This document shows positions 59,301-64,000 of a stretch of DNA of 64,000 nucleotides, one piece after another. This DNA comes from Candidatus Campbellbacteria bacterium. Lineage in GTDB: Bacteria > Patescibacteriota > Minisyncoccia > Phycocordibacterales > JABAAK01. The notes below the pieces were generated by a model that made no database searches, was not told the origin of the DNA, and saw nothing but the letters and a program-made list of their open reading frames with translations. A program made the translations under genes and the position numbers. The stretch is from the NCBI GenBank assembly GCA_028817035.1, contig JAPPQH010000010.1, positions 11,546 through 75,545 of the forward strand, written 5' to 3'. Positions within the stretch are counted from its first letter, which is position 1. Every line of letters starts with the position of its first letter.

Positions 59301-59488
59301 GATAGTTCAAATTTATCTCCGCTGTAGTCAGATATAGGAGAGTAGCTTTTAAACATTTCCCACATCCCCTCTTCCATAAACCAATTAAAAGACTCCTTTT
59401 GTGGTCCCAAAAGGTCTGGCAATTTAAGTAATGGTTTTTTATAACCAAGAAAATATTTTTTCTTTTTTGATCCTACTGTTTCACCCAT
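56303..59488 (-). CDS. rpoB: DNA-directed RNA polymerase subunit beta
   Basis: 1061 aa; conserved beta-subunit blocks; 23-nt overlap with rpoC start. Confidence 0.95.
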   Translation of the reverse strand: MGETVGSKKKKYFLGYKKPLLKLPDLLGPQKESFNWFMEEGMWEMFKSYSPISDYSGDKFELSFVSYSFDSPKYSEQHAKENMLTYDAPLKVMVKFKNKIQKTEKKQEILFGKVPIMTDRGTFIINGVERIIMSQLTRSFGVFFNAKDVKNVRCFSARITPSKGPWLEFETDINGTCSVRVDRTGKVYVSTFLRAFGLKTDDQILKATSNKDVRDMLKKTILKDSIETVDDACVEFYKKIRSGDQLTPENAKAKINDMFSKEQYDISELGRIRFNKRFGIKMTKGSIERRTISIEDVMTILGEIVRLNNDPKAQPDDIDNLSSRRVRYVGELFQLRIRRGIARLAKNTQDRMTTIDTSFTTPHFLNPQPFRSSVNEFFLTDQLSHVMKQENIVAEIEHRRTISALGPGGLTREHAGIAVRDLHPSHYGRICPVHTPEGPNIGLNLQLALYADVNRYGIIETTYAKVEDGVITKKVVSLNAEEEEKYRIAHRVVSCDKDGKILDKQVIIRKDSKPRFSSPKKIEYIDVSSNQTLSVAAALIPFIEHDAAHRALLGANTQKQATIYVSPEAPYVSTGIEGDVAKSSRRMIVAEEDGEITYVDAEEIKMKGVSGKNYHYHLIKFGRTNSPSIHHQRSIVSLKQKVKQGQILADAASTDQGQLALGQNLRVAFVCWHGMTYEDAILISSKIVEQGKFVSLHAKDFKVSVRDTKLGPEMTTFDIPNVSEAKLRNLDERGIVRIGAEVKPGDILVGKVTPKGETQLTPEERLLRSIFGERARDIKDSSEKLSPGHQGRVINVKVFNKENGDQLDPGVLEEIRVTIAQMRNITVGDKLTGRHGNKGVVARILPAEDMPHTEDGEPVDIVLSPLGIASRANVGQVFEAHLGLAAQALGYQAVVPSFSGATEEEVREELVKAGFDKTGKETLYDGRTGEKLARKVTVGNMYLMKISHMVEDKLHMRSFGNYAIVHQQPLQGRTREGGQRLGEMEVWAFLGYGAAYNLREMMTIKSDDMYGRSAAFKAMIDGDRIKQINLPESFNVLIHYLRGLGLNMTFNRENNDEEEEE

Positions 59489-59656
59489 GCGTCAATAAGA
59501 CAATAATAAGTAAACAAAAAACTAAACGCTTAAACGCGTAAAGTGTTTTTTATACCCCTTTTATATAATTATTTATAATTTTTATGTGTATTAAAAATAA
59601 ACCCCACTGGTCATTGATTTTCTCACCTTTGCCACAATGTCTGAACACAATCATAA

Positions 59657-59684
59657 ATTATAGCAAATCTCAATATATTGTCAA
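59657..59684 (-). promoter_or_regulatory. rpoBC promoter TTGACA-N16-TATAAT with ~170-nt leader
   Basis: Minus strand reads ggggtggTTGACAatatattgagatttgcTATAATttatg (rc of 59657-59684). Confidence 0.6.
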
Positions 59685-59704
59685 CCACCCCTATTTTTAG
59701 GGCT

Positions 59705-61012
59705 TTATTCACCCTCCGTGAAAGAAACAGATATTGAGTCAGGGTCGTCAGGTATTGTTGATTTCCACGATGGGAAAACGCTTGCCTCTCCACTCTCTAT
59801 ACTTGGAAATGTTGAGAGTATATTGGGTATATTAGACAGTTTCTTCCCCTTTATCTCATCAATCAGCTTATTCTCATTGACAGACCAACCAAGTTTCACA
59901 GAACCATTTAGAGTAAATTCTATATCCTCCAAGTCGTCTGGGTCGTCCAAATCCTCCTCAAAAGAAATATCAAGCGAGTTGTAATCAAGAAATGTTTGTG
60001 GCGTTTCGTCAAAATTTATATTCCTTGTTACCAAACCGATTAATACCGCCTCATTGAACGCAAGAGCCCTTGCCGTTGCCCTCTCTCTTAAAATTATTGA
60101 TTCATTTTCTTTGTTGTCTGTCTGAGATACAGATTCGTATGTTATGAAAAGAGTGTCATCAAGGTCAAAAATCAGCGCACCATCAAGTGTTGTTGTTTTT
60201 ATTATGTCCTCTGCTTTTGTTTTAAGTTTTTCTCTCAATCTGTTTCTTGCACTTTCTATTAATGTATCCTCAGCAACAAAACGAGTTCCCGAAAAACCAC
60301 CCTTTATACTTGCATCTGAACGAGCAGTAAGTTTTGCATATAGTTCAAGATCGCCCGCTTCTTTTAATCCTGGAAAACGAAATGTTGTAGGACCTATGTT
60401 GTATTCCTCACCAGCAGCATCTGCAAATATCTCTACCTCAATTGTTCCAGGGACTTCATTTCCATCAACAACCTTGAGCGCAGGAACCGTTGTTCTTTTA
60501 GGAGTGCGGTATATAAGACCATCCTCTGTCTCAAAACGGGTTGTCGCCTTCAGTCTTATAGGGGTTTTGCTTATCGCGTTTATTATCGTTACCTTACCTG
60601 TCGCATTTAAGTTTACTTCCTTTGAACCATCAGCAGGTATCGCAACAGTATCTTCAATTTCTATGGACTCGGTTATTATGTATGTTGGCTGACTGCCTAT
60701 ATCACTCTCCTTTTTACCCGTATAAGATCCATCAACCTCAACAGTCTGCTCCTTCAAAGTAATCTCAACAGAAGCGCTTGAGAAAAAGGTTGTCAGTAAA
60801 ACACCGACCAACGCAACAATGATTAAAACAAAAATAGACAACCTCACAAGTGCCCTTAATACAAGACCCCTGCCACTCCGCCTCCGCCTCACCTTACCAT
60901 TAAACTCAGAAGAATGAGTTTGTTCTACAGATTTGTTCCCCTGTCTTGAGGGCTTTTTTACTTTCGGCTTTTCAATAGCGCTTATTCTATTTGTCGGCTC
61001 ATCACCATTCAT
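59705..61012 (-). CDS. hypothetical membrane-anchored protein (basic N-terminus, one TM, large acidic ectodomain)
   Basis: 435 aa; RRRRSGRGLVLRALVRLSIFVLIIVALVGVLL TM; no motif recognised. Confidence 0.5.
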   Translation of the reverse strand: MNGDEPTNRISAIEKPKVKKPSRQGNKSVEQTHSSEFNGKVRRRRSGRGLVLRALVRLSIFVLIIVALVGVLLTTFFSSASVEITLKEQTVEVDGSYTGKKESDIGSQPTYIITESIEIEDTVAIPADGSKEVNLNATGKVTIINAISKTPIRLKATTRFETEDGLIYRTPKRTTVPALKVVDGNEVPGTIEVEIFADAAGEEYNIGPTTFRFPGLKEAGDLELYAKLTARSDASIKGGFSGTRFVAEDTLIESARNRLREKLKTKAEDIIKTTTLDGALIFDLDDTLFITYESVSQTDNKENESIILRERATARALAFNEAVLIGLVTRNINFDETPQTFLDYNSLDISFEEDLDDPDDLEDIEFTLNGSVKLGWSVNENKLIDEIKGKKLSNIPNILSTFPSIESGEASVFPSWKSTIPDDPDSISVSFTEGE

Positions 61013-61033
61013 ATATTTAATATTATACTACAA

Positions 61034-61094
61034 AAGGCAGGGGTCATGTGGTGGGGGTGTGAAACTGGGTTGATTGTGTAGGTGGTTATTCTTT
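61034..61094. repeat. conserved ~60-nt 3'-flank shared by both LRR paralogs (second copy 63590-63648)
   Basis: aggcaggggtcatgtggtgggggtgtgaaactgggttgattgtgtaggtggttattctttt present downstream of both stop codons. Confidence 0.7.
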
Positions 61095-61095
61095 T

Positions 61096-63552
61096 CTATT
61101 TTTCTAACCTATGAATATGAATATTGGGATATTGCCTTTCGAGTTTATTAAATTCTTCATCACTCATATTTCGGCTAACAACTAGTCTTTCTAAATTATA
61201 AGGACGACGTGGTGGTGGAAATTCTTCTGCATTTGTGAGACCTTTGAGTTCAAGCCACCAAACACTCTCAGGTATCTTCAACCCTTCTGCAGTTTTGAGA
61301 CCGTTGAGAGAAAGCCTCTTCACACTCTCAGGCATCTTCAACCCTTCTGGGTTTGTGAGACCGTTGAGAGAAAGAATCTTCACACCCCCAGGTATATTCA
61401 ACCCTTCTGGGTTTGTGAGACCGTTGAGTTCAAGATGCTTCACACCCTCAGGTATATTCAACCCTTCTGGGTTTGTGAGACCGTTGAGTTCAAGATGCTT
61501 CACACCCTCAGGTATATTCAACCCTTCTGGGTTTGTGAGACCGTTGAGTTCAAGATGCTTCACACCCTCAGGTATCTTCAACCCTTCTGCAGTTTTGAGA
61601 CCGTTGAGATAAAGCTCCTCCACACCCTCAGGTATATTCAACCCTTCTGGGTTTGTGAGACCGTTGAGATAAAGCCACCTCACACCCTCAGGTATATTCA
61701 ACCTTTCTGGGTTTGTGAGACCGTTGAGAGAAAGACCCCTCACACCCTTAGGTATCTTCAACCCTTCTGGGTTTGTGAGACCGTCGAGAGAAAGAATCTT
61801 CATGCCCTCAGGTATATTCAACCCTTCTGGGTTTGTGAGACCGTTGAGAAAAAGTGCCATCACACCCTTAGGTATCTTCAACCCTTCTGCAGTTTTGAGA
61901 CCGTTGAAATCAAGTTCCAACACACCCTCAGGTATATTCAACCCTTCTGGGTTTGTGAGACCGTTGAGATGAAGATGCTGCACGCCCTCAGGTATATTCA
62001 ACCCTTCTGGGTTTGTGAGACCGTTGAGAGAAAGTGACCACACACCCTCAGGTATATTCAACCCTTCTGGGTTTGTGAGACCATTGAGTTCAAGATTCTC
62101 CACACCCTCAGGTAATGGCGGAATGTCTTTTATATTTGTGGTTGAAAGAATAATTATGTATTCACCCCCAACAACAATTGGAAATTTAGTTCCGCCGTTT
62201 CTTTTTAGTTCTGCTAATTCTTTATCTTCAATTAATAAATTCCCAAGGTGATACACGCATTTACCAGATAGGGCTTCTTCTTCCGAAGTGCTTATTTGAT
62301 CCTTTGGAACACCAAAGATATATGCAACATCTTCTATTTTATCTCTTCCTCTCAGTATTTCTTCTATCATCTCTTCACCTCCTAAGAAGTTGTGTATCTT
62401 GCCATCAATTTCATATAGAAAGCGTAGGTCTTCTTTTGATATTGATAGTGGGCTGTTGTGGATCTCTGTAACCCGTTTCATGTCCTCCGCTGCCTTGTTG
62501 TATCTCTCCGCTTCTTGTGGGTATTCCTCAAGCTTTTCTTTGAGGACAGGGAATATGTATTCATCTAATGTTTGCCCCTCTTCTATCCCGCTTATCTCGC
62601 GTATACCTTTCCCTCTAAACGCTATCGTCAATCTTGGGATAGTGGGGTCTCCTCTTTTATCATTGGAATAGTAGATAAGGGCATCTCCATTGTCTAAGTA
62701 CCCTTCGCAAGTATTGATAGAACCTTCTAAACACCAGCCAGTGTGATGTCCTTGAAGTGAATCAAACATTTCTTTTTCTTGTCCTTTTGTAAATCTTCTC
62801 CACTTACCATCAATCACCTCAAGATGCTCAGCACCTCTGTTTCTTTTCAATATCTCCATCCTTCTGATGTATGCCTTTACAAAGTTTTTGTTCTCTAAGT
62901 ATGTTCTAAATTCCTCATCTTCTGTTTCTATGTCCTTACCTTCCACTATCTTATTGAAATGCTCATATATTCCCGCAAGGGCTTGTTTGTTTAATGTTAG
63001 GAATGGTTTTGCTGTGTATTTTGTTCTTTTGTAGAATTGCTTCTCATTTACTTTGTATTCACCCACACGCAACACATTCTTTAGGGCAAGGAACTTAAAC
63101 CAAAGGGGATATGCGTCTGTCTCATGTGATGCAAAATACTCTATCCAATTGTAGAGACTATCCTCTTGGTCTCCTATCACCCTTTCTGCATATTCTTTCT
63201 TCAGTCTTGGAATCTCACTCTTTGTTATGTCCTCACCCCATGATATGTCCTTACCCCTATCTCTTTCTATTTTTAGATGATTATTAAATGCCTTAGATAT
63301 ATTCTCCTCTTTTATGATATGGTTTCTCTTCACCATCCTCCATATCGCCTCTACCCCTCTTTCCCTCTTTTGTTCGTCCTCCCTTTGCAACACTTGTGCA
63401 TAACGATCCAGAAATACCTTAATAATTTCTTCTGGCTTGTCTATCTTTTCACCAGTCCTTACCTCCTCCCTTTTTGCAGGTCCTCTAATCTTTTTGAATA
63501 AATGTTGGTCGGCACCTCCCAAGAACTCTGCACCCATCTTGTTTTCTTTCAT
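61096..63552 (-). CDS. leucine-rich-repeat protein (about 20 tandem 22-aa LNGLTNPEGLNIPEGVxxLxLNG repeats) with ~470-aa N-terminal domain of unknown function
   Basis: 818 aa; repeats encoded by near-identical 66-bp DNA units; no signal peptide seen; conserved C-terminal tail ERLVVSRNMSDEEFNKLERQYPNIHIHRLEK. Confidence 0.7.
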   Translation of the reverse strand: MKENKMGAEFLGGADQHLFKKIRGPAKREEVRTGEKIDKPEEIIKVFLDRYAQVLQREDEQKRERGVEAIWRMVKRNHIIKEENISKAFNNHLKIERDRGKDISWGEDITKSEIPRLKKEYAERVIGDQEDSLYNWIEYFASHETDAYPLWFKFLALKNVLRVGEYKVNEKQFYKRTKYTAKPFLTLNKQALAGIYEHFNKIVEGKDIETEDEEFRTYLENKNFVKAYIRRMEILKRNRGAEHLEVIDGKWRRFTKGQEKEMFDSLQGHHTGWCLEGSINTCEGYLDNGDALIYYSNDKRGDPTIPRLTIAFRGKGIREISGIEEGQTLDEYIFPVLKEKLEEYPQEAERYNKAAEDMKRVTEIHNSPLSISKEDLRFLYEIDGKIHNFLGGEEMIEEILRGRDKIEDVAYIFGVPKDQISTSEEEALSGKCVYHLGNLLIEDKELAELKRNGGTKFPIVVGGEYIIILSTTNIKDIPPLPEGVENLELNGLTNPEGLNIPEGVWSLSLNGLTNPEGLNIPEGVQHLHLNGLTNPEGLNIPEGVLELDFNGLKTAEGLKIPKGVMALFLNGLTNPEGLNIPEGMKILSLDGLTNPEGLKIPKGVRGLSLNGLTNPERLNIPEGVRWLYLNGLTNPEGLNIPEGVEELYLNGLKTAEGLKIPEGVKHLELNGLTNPEGLNIPEGVKHLELNGLTNPEGLNIPEGVKHLELNGLTNPEGLNIPGGVKILSLNGLTNPEGLKMPESVKRLSLNGLKTAEGLKIPESVWWLELKGLTNAEEFPPPRRPYNLERLVVSRNMSDEEFNKLERQYPNIHIHRLEK
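61235..62110. repeat. array of ~13 tandem 66-bp coding repeats (several copies 100 percent identical)
   Basis: e.g. cacaccctcaggtatattcaacccttctgggtttgtgagaccgttgagttcaagatgctt repeated back-to-back at 61440, 61506. Confidence 0.85.
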
Positions 63553-63654
63553 ATATTCTTATTATACCTTACTCAAAAGCGAGGAAGGGCAGGGGTCATG
63601 TGGTGGGGGTGTGAAACTGGGTTGATTGTGTAGGTGGTTATTCTTTTATTCTGG

Positions 63655-64000
63655 TTATCTCCGCTCAATTTCAATATGAGGATATTGCTCTTTGAGTTTA
63701 TTAACTTCTTCATCACTCATATGTTGGCTAACAGTTAGTCTTTCTAAATCATTAGGAAGTGGTGGAAATTCTTCTGCACTTGGGAGACCCTTGAGTTCAA
63801 GCCACACCACCCTCTCAGGCATATTCAACCCTTCTGGGTTTGTGAGACCGTTGAGAGAAAGATCCAGCACACTCTCAGGTATCTTCAACCCTTCTGGGTT
63901 TGTGAGACCGTTGAGTTCAAGATTCTGCACACCCTCAGGTATATTCAACCCTTCTGGGTTTGTGAGACCGTTGAGAGAAAGACACCTCACACCCTCAGGT
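63655..64000 (-). CDS. LRR protein paralog, C-terminal part (5' end beyond window)
   Basis: Same 22-aa repeats and C-terminal tail (ERLTVSQHMSDEEVNKLKEQYPHIEIERR) as 61096..63552. Confidence 0.65.
   Translation of the reverse strand, partial: PEGVRCLSLNGLTNPEGLNIPEGVQNLELNGLTNPEGLKIPESVLDLSLNGLTNPEGLNMPERVVWLELKGLPSAEEFPPLPNDLERLTVSQHMSDEEVNKLKEQYPHIEIERR

Noticed and set aside
61235-62251. Plus-strand ORFs with repeated LRYIQPFWVCETVE / GIFNPSGFVRPL peptides
   Set aside because: Antisense or other-frame translations of the 66-bp LRR coding repeats.
1-64000. Searched for CIRCE (TTAGCACTC-N9-GAGTGCTAA), rRNA genes, transposase/integrase genes and Cas2/Cas4
   Set aside because: None found by eye. 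TTAGCAC occurs once (7661) without the partner half-site; there is no integrase next to the tRNA-Phe att-like duplication.

Overview
Low-GC, gene-dense window (almost all genes on the minus strand) from a streamlined bacterial genome with CPR/Patescibacteria-like traits: lysine-rich tails on RpoD and S16 and compact aminoacyl-tRNA synthetases. The housekeeping backbone comprises rpoB-rpoC, dnaG-rpoD, rpsP, an rpsM-rpsK-rpsD-rpoA-rplQ block followed by rplM-rpsI, grpE-dnaK-dnaJ, trpS/aspS/valS, scpAB, lepA, murJ, tsaD, six tRNAs and an RNase P RNA missed by the ORF track. The most notable content is a compact type V-D CRISPR-Cas locus at 1954-7650: a 1223-aa Cas12d (CasY)-like effector with a split RuvC domain and zinc ribbon, cas1 as the only other cas gene visible in the window, and a 21-repeat array of 25-nt repeats with unusually short 18-nt spacers. 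Several higher-GC (~50-55 percent) accessory patches interrupt the ~35 percent GC background. One (8.2-10.4 kb) holds an SPFH/band-7 lipoprotein, a Nudix hydrolase and a VOC-family protein next to the cas locus and a tRNA cluster. A second lies at a tRNA-Phe with tandemly duplicated 3' flank. A third is a tandem cassette of receiver-like proteins fused to DnaJ-type CxxCxGxG zinc fingers, each with its own consensus sigma70 promoter and terminator. Between rpsP and the KH/trmD genes sits a triplicated gene family in which each copy carries an identical structured 5' leader and a bidirectional terminator hairpin. Tandem leucine-rich-repeat paralogs built from near-identical 66-bp units close the window.
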